Program-made: the position numbers and the translations under genes | The notes under the pieces: generated by a model | Databases searched by the model: none | What the model was told of the DNA's origin: nothing | What the model saw: only the letters and a program-made list of their open reading frames with translations | Source: Synechococcus sp. A15-28 | GTDB lineage: Bacteria; Cyanobacteriota; Cyanobacteriia; PCC-6307; Cyanobiaceae | Length of the DNA: 32,000 nt | Assembly: GCF_014280175.1 (NCBI RefSeq) | Contig: NZ_CP047931.1 | Coordinates: 2,250,001 to 2,282,000, forward strand | Direction: 5' to 3' | Shown: positions 1 to 9,084 of the stretch, piece by piece | How positions within the stretch are numbered: the stretch's first letter is position 1 | How the letters are laid out: every line of letters begins with the position of its first letter

Positions 1-249
1 GAGGGCATCTCTGTCGATGAATTTGAAGGGAAACAATATTATATGGATGTGCATATTGCTTATCGCAGAGCCTGCCTAAATGCAATTGAATACTTGAAAA
101 AATTTGGTTATACAGGAGAACAGGCCTATCTCTTGCTGAGCTGCGCTCCGGTTGAAGGCAGGATCAGTGGAATTGTCGACATTCCAAATGCGTGCTGCAC
201 CCTTGCCATACCAACTTCCATATTTGACAAAGATATTCTCCCCTGCTAA
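1..249 (+). CDS. fmdA: formamidase/acetamidase-family amidohydrolase (FmdA/AmdA type), C-terminal fragment; the 5' end lies outside the window
   Basis: Frame 1 is open from nt 1 (EGISVDEFEGKQYYMDVHIAYRRACLNAIEYLKKFGYTGEQAYLLLSCAPVEGRISGIVDIPNACCTLAIPTSIFDKDILPC*). From memory the tail resembles the conserved C-terminus of FmdA/AmdA amidases. An FmdB-type gene follows directly, as in the Methylophilus fmd locus. Confidence 0.65.
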   Translation, partial: EGISVDEFEGKQYYMDVHIAYRRACLNAIEYLKKFGYTGEQAYLLLSCAPVEGRISGIVDIPNACCTLAIPTSIFDKDILPC

Positions 250-283
250 GCACTTACTTCTACCATTATTTATCGATTTTCAC

Positions 284-568
284 ATGCCAGTCTACGAATA
301 TTCCTGCCAATCTAGTGAATGCCTCACCTATGAAGTATGGCGATCAATTGATCAACGTTCTGTTCAAACAGAATGCCCTACTTGTGGAAGAGAAGGCAAG
401 AGGATTTTCAATCCACCCATGGTGTTATCCTCATCTATTCGCTCGAAAATCGAAGTTAAGGAACCAAAACTTGTGAGCAAAAAAAATTCAATATATGCGA
501 CTGAGCCTTCAAAGCCTCGATTACGCACAAACGATTCACGTCCTTGGATGTTGAATCGAGGTTGCTAA
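284..568 (+). CDS. fmdB: FmdB-family putative regulatory zinc-ribbon protein
   Basis: The ATG at 284 gives MPVYEYSCQSSEC...ECPTCGREGKRIFNPPMVLSSS..., with the MPxYEY start, paired Cys motifs and Ser-rich stretch typical of the FmdB (CxxC_CxxC_SSSS) family. The track ORF 152..568 extends upstream, overlaps the fmdA stop, and has no similarity there. Confidence 0.65.
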   Translation: MPVYEYSCQSSECLTYEVWRSIDQRSVQTECPTCGREGKRIFNPPMVLSSSIRSKIEVKEPKLVSKKNSIYATEPSKPRLRTNDSRPWMLNRGC

Positions 569-592
569 GAAAAGACTATCAAAATTAAAAAA

Positions 593-626
593 ATGGGGTG
601 TGATTAAAAAATCACACCCCATTTTT
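593..626. terminator. bidirectional rho-independent terminator between fmdB (+) and urtE (-)
   Basis: A perfect 13-bp stem, ATGGGGTGTGATT (593-605) / AATCACACCCCAT (610-622), with an AAAA loop. A T-run follows at 622-626 and an A-rich run (581-593) precedes it, which supplies the T-run for the minus strand. Confidence 0.7.
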
Positions 627-633
627 ATTCTGA

Positions 634-1380
634 TTAAACTGTCAGGAATTCTTCAATCACATGATCTGATAATTGTGAGGTTGGACCACTCGATACAATA
701 CCACCTCGTTGCATCGCATAATAGAAATTAGACTGCTTCACAAAATGAAGGTGTTGCTCAACCAGAAGAACACTAATGCCTGTTTCTTTAATGATCCGTT
801 TGACAGCACGTTCAATGTCGAGAATAATCGACGGCTGGATCCCTTCGGTTGGCTCATCTAACAAAAGAAGCTTGGGCTTGCCAAGAAGTGCACGTGCAAT
901 CGCAAGTTGTTGCTGCTGACCTCCACTGAGGTCACCTCCACGTCGATTCAGAAACTGTTCAAGAATAGGAAACAATTCAAAAACAATGGGATCAATATGA
1001 CGATTTCGCCCCATCCCCCCAGACAATGATTCCATTCCGATCAAAAGATTCTCTCGAACTGTAATTCGAGGAATAATATCTCGGCCTTGGGAAACATAAC
1101 CAATTCCTCCCCTTGCTCGTTTATAAGGAGGCTGGTTAGTTAACATTTTTCCGTCATATTCAATCGAACCAGATCGTTGCTCGAGAAGACCAATGATCGT
1201 CTTTAGAAAGGTTGTCTTTCCCACTCCATTACGACCGATCAAACAAATCATTTCCCCCTCAGGGATATGCAGGTCAACATTTCTGAGAATGTGACTCTCG
1301 CCATAATAGACATTCAAGCCATTTGCTCGAAGAACTGTTTTTGCTGAGGTTGGATGTGTGGTGGTTGTCGTTTGTACCAT
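634..1380 (-). CDS. urtE: urea ABC transporter ATP-binding protein UrtE
   Basis: LivF-like ABC ATPase with Walker A GRNGVGKTT, signature LSGGQQQQ and Walker B LLLLDEP. It is the last gene of a urtA-B-C-D-E ordered operon next to urease genes. Confidence 0.9.
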   Translation of the reverse strand: MVQTTTTTHPTSAKTVLRANGLNVYYGESHILRNVDLHIPEGEMICLIGRNGVGKTTFLKTIIGLLEQRSGSIEYDGKMLTNQPPYKRARGGIGYVSQGRDIIPRITVRENLLIGMESLSGGMGRNRHIDPIVFELFPILEQFLNRRGGDLSGGQQQQLAIARALLGKPKLLLLDEPTEGIQPSIILDIERAVKRIIKETGISVLLVEQHLHFVKQSNFYYAMQRGGIVSSGPTSQLSDHVIEEFLTV

Positions 1381-1412
1381 GATCTTTAAAGGGATTAGTG
1401 AATAAAAAGATA

Positions 1413-2156
1413 CTATTCAGATTGACCGAGATAAACCTCAATCACTTTTGGATCAGACTTTACCTCATCAAGTGAACCTTCCGTCAACAACTGCCCTTGA
1501 TGCAACACAGTGACTGGTGCGGCAAGATCACGAATAAACTCCATATCATGCTCAATTACCACCACGGTATGTTCACCTGCAAGGGATTTAATCAGTTCAG
1601 CTGTTTTGTTCGTCTCGTCATCGGTCAAGCCTGCCACTGGCTCGTCCAGAAGAATGATATCTGGAGATTGAGCAACAAGCATTGAAATCGCAAGCCATTG
1701 TTTTTGGCCGTGAGACAAAGAACCGGCCAAGACCTTTGCATAAGGAGCAAGGCCCACATAATCCATCAAGCGATAGACCTCATCTTTAGCCGTGTTATTG
1801 AGTTTTTCAAACATAAGACTGAATGGCATCTTGCTCGGTGAAGCAGCCAACTCAAGATTTCTAGAGACCGAAAGATTTTCAAACACGCGAGGTGTCTGAA
1901 ACTTACGACCAACACCTAGTCTTGAAATCTTCTGTTCCGAAAAACCAATAATGCTGGAACCTCGCAGGGAGACTGAGCCTTTGGTTGGCTTAACCTTTCC
2001 AGTGATGACATCTAGAAAAGTTGTTTTACCAGCGCCATTGGGTCCAATGATTGATCTTAACTCACCATGCTCTAGTGAGATGGAAAGATCAGTCAATGCG
2101 AAGAAACCATCAAAATCAACGCTGACATCGTTCAATTCAAGAATTGGTGTTGACAT
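1413..2156 (-). CDS. urtD: urea ABC transporter ATP-binding protein UrtD
   Basis: LivG-like ABC ATPase with Walker A GPNGAGKTT, signature LSHGQKQ and Walker B ILLDEP. Its position in the urt operon supports the call. Confidence 0.9.
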   Translation of the reverse strand: MSTPILELNDVSVDFDGFFALTDLSISLEHGELRSIIGPNGAGKTTFLDVITGKVKPTKGSVSLRGSSIIGFSEQKISRLGVGRKFQTPRVFENLSVSRNLELAASPSKMPFSLMFEKLNNTAKDEVYRLMDYVGLAPYAKVLAGSLSHGQKQWLAISMLVAQSPDIILLDEPVAGLTDDETNKTAELIKSLAGEHTVVVIEHDMEFIRDLAAPVTVLHQGQLLTEGSLDEVKSDPKVIEVYLGQSE

Positions 2157-2206
2157 TGCTTAAACAGTGTTGGTTGACATGAAGAAGAAGGTTGTTTAAA
2201 AGCAAA

Positions 2207-3328
2207 CTATTGTGATTCAACTGTGTAACTTTTATCCATTTCTAATTTTGGATAAGTCGAAGATTTTTTGGCAATTCCAAAGGCTGCCAACATCGAAGTA
2301 AATCCACCATTCTTGAACCATCCATAAATACCATCCGGCATCAACACAACCACGAAGATAAACAGACCACCCTGCACAAACAACCAGGCTTCTGGTAGTG
2401 CTTCACTGACAAGGCTTCGTAAGTAGTTCACCAAAACGGCGCCTATAATCGGTCCGATCAATGTTCCACGACCACCAACGGCGACCCAAATCACCATTTC
2501 AATAGACATTGAAATGGCCATGTACTGAGGTGAAACGATACCTGACTGAACTGTATAAAGTGCACCTGAAATGCCAGCCAAGCCACCAGCAACTAAAAAG
2601 ACGATCACTTTAAAAGGAACCGGATTAAACCCACTGAAACGGAGTCGTGCTTCATCATCTCTGATCCCGATCAAAGCATCACCAAAACGACCACTCGTTA
2701 AAAACTTACATAAGAGATAGGCAAACGGGAGTATTATAAGTGTAATCCGATAGAACATAATCTGAGCATCATCGGAGCCCACGATCATTCCGAAGATCTC
2801 CGTTGTGCTCGTCTTAAGGCCATTCGTTCCATTAACAAGCTTCTGCTGACCATTGAAAAAATGGTAAAAAACCATCAAAGAAGCCTGAGTAATAATAGAA
2901 AAATAAACACCCTTGATTCTGTTTCTAAAAATCAAATATCCGACAAGGCCAGCAACCACAGCAGGAATTAACCATATAGCAATCAATGTCCAAGGGAATG
3001 ACCAGAATGGTTGCCAGAAAAACGGAAGGTTATCAACACCATAATTCTCAAAGAACTTAGGCAGACCATTAGCACCAGTGGTGAAATCATTGTTAGTCAC
3101 CAAGAGAAGATGCATGGCTATGGCATAACCACCCAAGGCAAAGAAGATACCTTGACCAAGACTTAGGAGTCCGGTATATCCCCAGATCAGGTCGATACCT
3201 AAAGCAATGATAGCTAAAGAAAAATACCTACCGAAAAGGTTAAGGCGGAACTGTGAAAGAATCGCTGGTAGGACAAAGAATGCGAAGGCGAGAAGAAGCC
3301 AGGGAATCAGCTTTTTGAAAATTTTCAT
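2207..3328 (-). CDS. urtC: urea ABC transporter permease UrtC
   Basis: 373-aa polytopic LivM-like branched-chain-type permease in the urt operon. Confidence 0.88.
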   Translation of the reverse strand: MKIFKKLIPWLLLAFAFFVLPAILSQFRLNLFGRYFSLAIIALGIDLIWGYTGLLSLGQGIFFALGGYAIAMHLLLVTNNDFTTGANGLPKFFENYGVDNLPFFWQPFWSFPWTLIAIWLIPAVVAGLVGYLIFRNRIKGVYFSIITQASLMVFYHFFNGQQKLVNGTNGLKTSTTEIFGMIVGSDDAQIMFYRITLIILPFAYLLCKFLTSGRFGDALIGIRDDEARLRFSGFNPVPFKVIVFLVAGGLAGISGALYTVQSGIVSPQYMAISMSIEMVIWVAVGGRGTLIGPIIGAVLVNYLRSLVSEALPEAWLFVQGGLFIFVVVLMPDGIYGWFKNGGFTSMLAAFGIAKKSSTYPKLEMDKSYTVESQ

Positions 3329-3345
3329 GGTAAAAACCGTAGTAA

Positions 3346-4503
3346 TCAGGATTCGACAGATCGTCCCTTTTGAGGGAACATCCCAGTGGGTTTAAATTGA
3401 AGGAACGTAATAATAAAGATAAATATCAGCACATATGACATACTTGTTGTGGCAAAGAACTCAATCACAGCAGCAGGACCAGCCGGTATATTGTCGAAAG
3501 CAATTAAGATGGCACCAGATCCAATGATGGATTGAATGATGCCAAGCATCATCGAAGCAATCACAGTACCAACAAGATTTCCAACTCCCCCTAGAACAAT
3601 AACCATAAAGCAAGAAACGATATAGGCCGCTCCAAGATTGGGTCCTACAGAGCCAAGCAGAGTGATCGCACTACCAGCAACACCAGCTAAGCCTGATCCA
3701 ATCCCGAAGGTGATGCTGTCGACACTATCAGTGGGAATACCCAAGCAATTGCTCATCTGGCGATTTTGAGTGACAGCACGGATACGTAAACCCCAAACAC
3801 TCTTTGTGAGGAACCATGCTACAAACGCAAGCAGCAGAGCCGAAAGGATAATGATAAAAATTCGAATACCTGGCAACTCAATCCCCGCAATGGAACCCCA
3901 GCTTCCTTGCAACCATTTCGGAGCTGTCACGTCAATATTGCGAGGTCCAAACCAAGCTTTAGAGAGCATCTTAGAAGCTGTCATCGCATTAATTGAAATA
4001 AATCCAATCGCTGATGCCACAACCCAAGCAAAACCTGATAAATAAGGGTAGAAATTAGCACTTTTAAGCTTTGCTGGTGAAAATCGTTGAGAGAAATAAC
4101 CTAGCAATATCGCAATTAATATACCTAAAACCATACTTGTTGAAACACTGCGTATAAATTGAATCAGCACAAGGCTGACACCCCAAGTAGCAAGCAATGT
4201 CTCAAGCGGTCGGCCATATAATTGCCGTATTAATGTTCTTTCCAGAAGAATGCCGACAATTCCAGTAATGACAAAGGCAAAAAATAATGCGAAAAAATAA
4301 TAGAGTTGGAAAACACCCTCGCCAAGAGGCTTGAACATGTTTTGAGTGACAAAAGTCACGTAAGCTCCAACCATCATCAACTCGCCATGAGCGAGATTGA
4401 TTACCCCCATCAAACCAAAAACGATGGCAAGGCCAGTCGCCGCAAGAAGCAAAACTGACCCAATGCTGAGCCCATCAAGGAGCTGTGAAAAAATTAATTC
4501 CAT
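3346..4503 (-). CDS. urtB: urea ABC transporter permease UrtB
   Basis: LivH-like permease. I place the start at ATG 4503 (MELIFSQLLDGLSIGSVLL...) because the longer track ORF (to 4548) would run through the urtA terminator hairpin and T-run at 4517-4545. Confidence 0.88.
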   Translation of the reverse strand: MELIFSQLLDGLSIGSVLLLAATGLAIVFGLMGVINLAHGELMMVGAYVTFVTQNMFKPLGEGVFQLYYFFALFFAFVITGIVGILLERTLIRQLYGRPLETLLATWGVSLVLIQFIRSVSTSMVLGILIAILLGYFSQRFSPAKLKSANFYPYLSGFAWVVASAIGFISINAMTASKMLSKAWFGPRNIDVTAPKWLQGSWGSIAGIELPGIRIFIIILSALLLAFVAWFLTKSVWGLRIRAVTQNRQMSNCLGIPTDSVDSITFGIGSGLAGVAGSAITLLGSVGPNLGAAYIVSCFMVIVLGGVGNLVGTVIASMMLGIIQSIIGSGAILIAFDNIPAGPAAVIEFFATTSMSYVLIFIFIITFLQFKPTGMFPQKGRSVES

Positions 4504-4516
4504 CAGTACATGGGGT

Positions 4517-4545
4517 AAAAAAAAGGCCACAAGTTTATTGTGGCC
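4517..4545 (-). terminator. intrinsic terminator/attenuator immediately after urtA, before urtB
   Basis: On the minus strand the sequence reads GGCCACAA-TAAAC-TTGTGGCC followed by T8 (plus-strand A8 at 4517-4524). It sits 30 nt after the urtA stop and 14 nt before the urtB ATG. This is the classic arrangement that keeps the binding-protein transcript in excess. Confidence 0.65.
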
Positions 4546-4574
4546 CACTATTCAAAGAAATTCAGAAGTAACGA

Positions 4575-5882
4575 TTACATCTTGAACTTTCCGGCATCAG
4601 CACGATCAAGGGTCCAGTCGCACTTGTAGCCTTTGGTCTCAGGAACGTACTGGTTCCAAGTGATAGGAGGAACAGGGGTCTTGCTGTCCCAGAGAATCTC
4701 AAACTGACCATCCTCCTTAGCCTCACCAATCCGCACAGTCTGTGAGATGTGGTGATTGGGATACATCTCAATCGGACCCTGAGGAGCATCGAGCTTAATT
4801 CCGATCAGTGCATTCCGGACAGCATCCAGATCTTCATAAGTGCCAGCCTTCTCAACAGCAGCCTTCCAGAGGTAAACCATGTTGTAAGCCGACTCCATCG
4901 GATCGTTCGTCACACGATCATCACCGTACTCAGCAAGGAATGCTGAATTGAAGGTATCGGAGGCCGAGGATCCGAGGGACATGAAATAGTTCCAGGCCGC
5001 ATAAGTGCCGCCCACATACTCAGGTCCGATCTGACGGATCTCCTCCTCAGCGATGGAGAAGGACATGATCGGATACTTTTCCGGAGTAATTCCTGCTGCC
5101 TTGAACTGCTTGAACAGGGCAACGTTGGAATCACCGTTCAGAGTGTTGATGATGATTCCACCATCAGGGAACTCCTTCTTGATCTTGGCGATGATAGGTG
5201 CCACCTCAGTGTTGCCCAGAGGGATGTAGTCCTCACCGACTGTCTCACCACCCAGGCTCTTGACCTGCTCTTTGATGATGGTGTTAGCAGTTCTGGGGTA
5301 GACGTAGTCAGAACCAACCAAATAAACCTTCTTGCCGTACTTGTCGGCGAACTGCTCAAACAGCCAGTCAACAGCGGGCTCAGCCTGCTGGTTGGGGACA
5401 GCGCCGGTGTAGAAGATGTTCTTGGAGCACTCCTGACCTTCGTACTGAATTGGGTAGAAGAGGAAGTGATCCTTGGCTTCGTAAACCGGAAGCATTGCCT
5501 TCCGACTTGCGGATGTCCAGCCGCCAAACACAACGGCAACCTTATCGGCGTCGATCAGCTTCTGTGACTTCTCCGCGAAGGTAGGCCAATCTGAAGCACC
5601 ATCTTCAGAGGTGTAGGTGATCTTGTAGCTCTTGCCATCGATTTTGACGCCACCGTCGGCATTGATTTCCTTGATCGCCATCTCCTCGACTTCTTTTAGA
5701 GTCGTTTCGGAGATCGCCATCGTTCCGCTAAGGGAATGAAGGATGCCAACTTTGATTTCACCATCAAAATCTGCACCACCACCAGCGGAATCACCACTAT
5801 CTCCGCCACAGGCGGTCATTGTGACTCCCACTGTTGTGGCAGCGAAAGCAGCTAGCAGACGCTTCGTAAACGTTGAATTCAT
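4575..5882 (-). CDS. urtA: urea ABC transporter substrate-binding protein UrtA (probable lipoprotein)
   Basis: LivK-type periplasmic binding protein. ATG 5882 gives MNSTFTKRLLAAFAATTVGVTMTACGG, a signal peptide with a lipobox-like TAC. The track start at 5894 is a GTG four codons upstream. Confidence 0.9.
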   Translation of the reverse strand: MNSTFTKRLLAAFAATTVGVTMTACGGDSGDSAGGGADFDGEIKVGILHSLSGTMAISETTLKEVEEMAIKEINADGGVKIDGKSYKITYTSEDGASDWPTFAEKSQKLIDADKVAVVFGGWTSASRKAMLPVYEAKDHFLFYPIQYEGQECSKNIFYTGAVPNQQAEPAVDWLFEQFADKYGKKVYLVGSDYVYPRTANTIIKEQVKSLGGETVGEDYIPLGNTEVAPIIAKIKKEFPDGGIIINTLNGDSNVALFKQFKAAGITPEKYPIMSFSIAEEEIRQIGPEYVGGTYAAWNYFMSLGSSASDTFNSAFLAEYGDDRVTNDPMESAYNMVYLWKAAVEKAGTYEDLDAVRNALIGIKLDAPQGPIEMYPNHHISQTVRIGEAKEDGQFEILWDSKTPVPPITWNQYVPETKGYKCDWTLDRADAGKFKM

Positions 5883-5929
5883 GAAGAAAGACACACGGTG
5901 GATGAGACCGCCATGAGGGCGACATTAGA

Positions 5930-5971
5930 ACCGTATGAACCGTCCAGGACCCGATTTGTATCGACTACGAC
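5930..5971 (-). promoter_or_regulatory. candidate NtcA-activated promoter of urtA
   Basis: The minus strand reads GTCGTAGTCGATAC (5971-5958; GTN10AC, one mismatch to GTA-N8-TAC). Exactly 22 nt later comes TACGGT (5935-5930), which fits the TAN3T -10 box. It lies about 48 nt upstream of the urtA ATG. Confidence 0.45.
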
Positions 5972-5999
5972 ATTTTGAGAATTGCCGCGATTCGTTGAC

Positions 6000-6602
6000 T
6001 TAATTCGGTAGCTGTTGCAACACAAATGCCTCCACTTCCTTCAATCCTTCGCCGCTCTGGAGATTGGTGAAACACCAGGGACGCTCGCCCCGCATTCGCT
6101 GAGTGTCCGCCTCCATCACCGAGAGGTCGGCACCCACTAGGGGTGCCAGGTCGATCTTGTTGATCACCAGCAGATCGGATCGGGTGATGCCAGGCCCTCC
6201 CTTGCGGGGAATCTTGTCCCCAGCGGCGACATCGATCACATAAATGCAGAGGTCCACCAACTCCGGACTGAAGCTGGCAGCCAAGTTGTCGCCACCGCTT
6301 TCCACCATCACAAGATCCAGATCCGGAAACTGTTTCTCCAAATCGGCCACAGCCGCCCGGTTGATGGAACAGTCCTCACGGATCGCCGTATGCGGACAGC
6401 CGCCCGTTTCCACGCCGCGGATCCGTTCCGGCTCAAGGGCGCCAGCGCGCGTCAAAAATTGCGCATCTTCCTGGGTGTAGATGTCGTTGGTGACAACAGC
6501 CAGCTCAAGCTGACCGCGCAGTCTGTGGCAAAGCGCCTCCACCAACGCAGTTTTGCCGGAACCGACCGGACCGGCCACCCCAAGACGCAACTTGCTGCTC
6601 AT
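6000..6602 (-). CDS. ureG: urease accessory GTPase UreG
   Basis: [24 protein letters not shown]... carries a P-loop and shows full-length similarity to UreG. Confidence 0.95.
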   Translation of the reverse strand: MSSKLRLGVAGPVGSGKTALVEALCHRLRGQLELAVVTNDIYTQEDAQFLTRAGALEPERIRGVETGGCPHTAIREDCSINRAAVADLEKQFPDLDLVMVESGGDNLAASFSPELVDLCIYVIDVAAGDKIPRKGGPGITRSDLLVINKIDLAPLVGADLSVMEADTQRMRGERPWCFTNLQSGEGLKEVEAFVLQQLPN

Positions 6603-7270
6603 CAGCTCCGAAACAAGCGGGAATACAACTCAGCATGAGCGAGCTGCGCCATGCCAGCCCCAACGCCGCTGGTCCACAACTGCCGGGGATCCCGTCGTTG
6701 CAGCTGCTCGGCCTGCCCAATGATGAATGGCAGCAAGCGGTTCTGCAGCTGCTGAGCCCGGCTGGGGCCCAACGGCAAGAGCCGCACCGCAGCACTGAGC
6801 TGATTGGCGACCCAGCCGTAGAGGTAGCCCTCCACCATCTCGCTCTCCGCCACCCCCAAGGCCTGCGCTGCCCATGCCCAGGCCGCTGGCCAGCTCAACG
6901 CCACCTGCTCCGGCAAGGGGTGGCCCATCTCCGCGAGGAGATTGAGCAACGACCCACCCATCTGTCGTTGCTGAGCCCGCAGTTCAGCCGATTCACGACC
7001 GGCCAGCAGCCAGCCATCAAGATCCAGCACCCGGCAGCAGGCCGCGGTCTCTCCTGCTGACCATGCCGTGAATGCACGCAGCAGCGATGGCAACGCCGCC
7101 GCCTCCAATCGGATCGCCCCCCGCGACAGCTCCGCCTCCAACCAGGCCTGCAGTTGCTGCTCATCTCTGATCGTCTCCGACTGGATCAGAACTTCCAATC
7201 CCTCCGAATAACTGAAGCCACCAACCGGCAGAGCGGGGCTCACCAGCTGCAGCAGCGCCAGCGAACTCAT
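6602..7270 (-). CDS. ureF: urease accessory protein UreF
   Basis: [21 protein letters not shown] is the UreF N-terminal signature. The stop overlaps the ureG ATG (TGATG). Confidence 0.85.
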   Translation of the reverse strand: MSSLALLQLVSPALPVGGFSYSEGLEVLIQSETIRDEQQLQAWLEAELSRGAIRLEAAALPSLLRAFTAWSAGETAACCRVLDLDGWLLAGRESAELRAQQRQMGGSLLNLLAEMGHPLPEQVALSWPAAWAWAAQALGVAESEMVEGYLYGWVANQLSAAVRLLPLGPSRAQQLQNRLLPFIIGQAEQLQRRDPRQLWTSGVGAGMAQLAHAELYSRLFRS

Positions 7271-7719
7271 CCGTGCTGATGGCCTGCGTAGGCGCCGCCT
7301 TCGGGCCGGAACGGTCGCTGACAGCGACTGAGCTGCAGACCACGGCTTTCCAGCATCGTCGCCAACACGGCGTCCTCCAGCAGATACAGATCCTGCTCAT
7401 GCAGCTCGAGGGCCACATGTCTGTTTCCCAGGTGATAAGCCGCCTGCATCAACGCCAAGGCTGATGTCGCCCGCACCCGCAACAGCGCTTCGGTGGCTGC
7501 CGTCACTTCCACCCTGGCTGTACCAGCGGCATCACTGAGCTGATCCCCTGGCTGCAGGGCCCCGTCCCTTGGCAACTGCAACAGCACCTCCCGGCCACAG
7601 TCCGTGCGGCGACGGCCACGCACAACGCTGCGTTCATCCGCCGTGAGCGGCAACAGCAGATCAGCTTGATCAGCCCTGGCGGCAAGCCGTTGATCCAGAA
7701 CAAGAACGGCCTGCGTCAC
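7267..7719 (-). CDS. ureE: urease accessory metallochaperone UreE
   Basis: Contains the AYHLGNRH motif. It uses a GTG start and overlaps ureF by 4 nt. There is no long His-rich tail (the protein ends ...AGHQHG). Confidence 0.8.
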   Translation of the reverse strand: MTQAVLVLDQRLAARADQADLLLPLTADERSVVRGRRRTDCGREVLLQLPRDGALQPGDQLSDAAGTARVEVTAATEALLRVRATSALALMQAAYHLGNRHVALELHEQDLYLLEDAVLATMLESRGLQLSRCQRPFRPEGGAYAGHQHG

Positions 7720-7817
7720 CCGTGCTTCACGTAGAAACTCAAGCCTGCCCAGCCGTGGGCCAGCATTTGGTGATGGTTGTTACCGAGCTTCATCCCACGG
7801 CGAAGGAGCGTGCCCCC

Positions 7818-8753
7818 ATGCAATCCCTTGAGCCCTGGCACGGCCGCTGCCGGCTGCAGTTCCAAACCACCAACGGCAGCACCAAACACCAGGGGGGATG
7901 CACAGCTCCGTTCAAGCTGCTGCGGGCAGACGTGGGGGATCACGGCCGCTGTGAGCTGCCCCTTCTCCACACCGCCGGCGGCCTGGTGGGAGGCGATGAG
8001 CTCAGCATTGAGCTTGACCTCGGCCCTGACAGTCGCAGCCTGATCACCAGCGTGGCGGCCCAGAAGGTCTACGGCTCCGTGGGCCGCAGCCGTCTCCATC
8101 CCGACGGAGCCTGGACCCAGCAGTCCGTGACCTGCAGGTTGGAAGACACCAGTGATCTGGAGTGGCTGCCCCAAGAACTGGTGCTCTACGCGGACGCGTT
8201 GTTCCAGCAGACCCTAACGGTGAGCCTGCCGAACAACGCCTCATTTCTCAGCGCCGAGATCGTGCGGCTGGGGCGCACCGCCGCAGGGGAGCAGCTAAGT
8301 CGCGGGCGCTGGCGCTCCTGCCTTGAGATTCAGCGCGAAGGGGCGCACCAGCCCCGATGGGAGCTGGTGGACCGGCTGGAACTGAGCGACACCAGCCTCA
8401 ACGACCCCCACGGACTTGGTGGTGCTCCCGTGTTCGGCTCACTGGTTTGGGCAGCACCAATGCCCTTGACCGGTGAGCAGATCACCCTGCTGCTGGCGGG
8501 AGCCCGCAGCGACCGTGACGGCCTTGAGGGAACCATGCGCTGCAGCAGCCTTGATCAAGGGCTGATCGCCCGCTACGCCGGCCCCTCCAGCCGCGATGCC
8601 CGCTTCTGGTTCAGCCGAATCTGGGCACGAACCCGCGCCTTACGGGGACTCTCCACGCCGCGCATTCCTCGGGTCTGGCCCCTGCAGGAACAGCCGTTGA
8701 TGGGACAACCGTTCACGGCGAACGCTTCACCGACCGCTGCAACGACACACTGA
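7818..8753 (+). CDS. ureD: urease accessory protein UreD
   Basis: Contains the LLHTAGGLVGGDEL motif. I chose ATG 7818 because it is preceded by GAAGGAG at 7802-7808. The track ORF start at 7722 would abut the divergent ureE start. Confidence 0.85.
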   Translation: MQSLEPWHGRCRLQFQTTNGSTKHQGGCTAPFKLLRADVGDHGRCELPLLHTAGGLVGGDELSIELDLGPDSRSLITSVAAQKVYGSVGRSRLHPDGAWTQQSVTCRLEDTSDLEWLPQELVLYADALFQQTLTVSLPNNASFLSAEIVRLGRTAAGEQLSRGRWRSCLEIQREGAHQPRWELVDRLELSDTSLNDPHGLGGAPVFGSLVWAAPMPLTGEQITLLLAGARSDRDGLEGTMRCSSLDQGLIARYAGPSSRDARFWFSRIWARTRALRGLSTPRIPRVWPLQEQPLMGQPFTANASPTAATTH

Positions 8754-8771
8754 AGAGGACCCAGGCTCTCC

Positions 8772-9074
8772 ATGCATCTCAGTCCCCAGGAAAAGGACAA
8801 GCTCCTGATCGTGACCGCGGCGCTGCTGGCCGAGAGGCGCTTGAACCGTGGCCTGAAGCTCAACCACCCCGAAGCAGTGGCCTGGCTCAGTTTTCTGGTG
8901 CTTGAAGGCGCCCGTGACGGCAAGAGCGTGGCGGAGCTGATGCAGGAAGGCACCACCTGGCTGCGTCAGGACCAGGTGATGGAGGGCGTACCCGAGCTCG
9001 TCCATGAGGTGCAGATCGAGGCCGTCTTCCCCGATGGCACCAAGCTCGTCACCCTGCATGACCCGATTCGCTGA
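8772..9074 (+). CDS. ureA: urease subunit gamma UreA
   Basis: [37 protein letters not shown]... is a 100-aa canonical UreA. Confidence 0.95.
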   Translation: MHLSPQEKDKLLIVTAALLAERRLNRGLKLNHPEAVAWLSFLVLEGARDGKSVAELMQEGTTWLRQDQVMEGVPELVHEVQIEAVFPDGTKLVTLHDPIR

Positions 9075-9084
9075 GACAGAACCC

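Noticed and set aside
152-283. Upstream extension of the FmdB ORF (track start at 152)
   Set aside because: The extension overlaps the fmdA 3' end in another frame and has no FmdB-like sequence. The family-typical MPVYEY start is at 284.
7770-7783. GTGATGGTTGTTAC (GTG-N8-TAC) in the ureE/ureD divergent region as an NtcA site
   Set aside because: It has one mismatch, and no TAN3T lies at about 22 nt on either strand. On the ureD side the spacing would leave no room before the ATG at 7818. Chance GTN10AC matches are expected at this frequency.
6390-8244. Multiple 60-160-aa ORFs overlapping ureG/F/E/D in other frames (for example 6635..7060 and 7716..8174)
   Set aside because: All overlap well-supported urease accessory genes and have shadow-frame composition.
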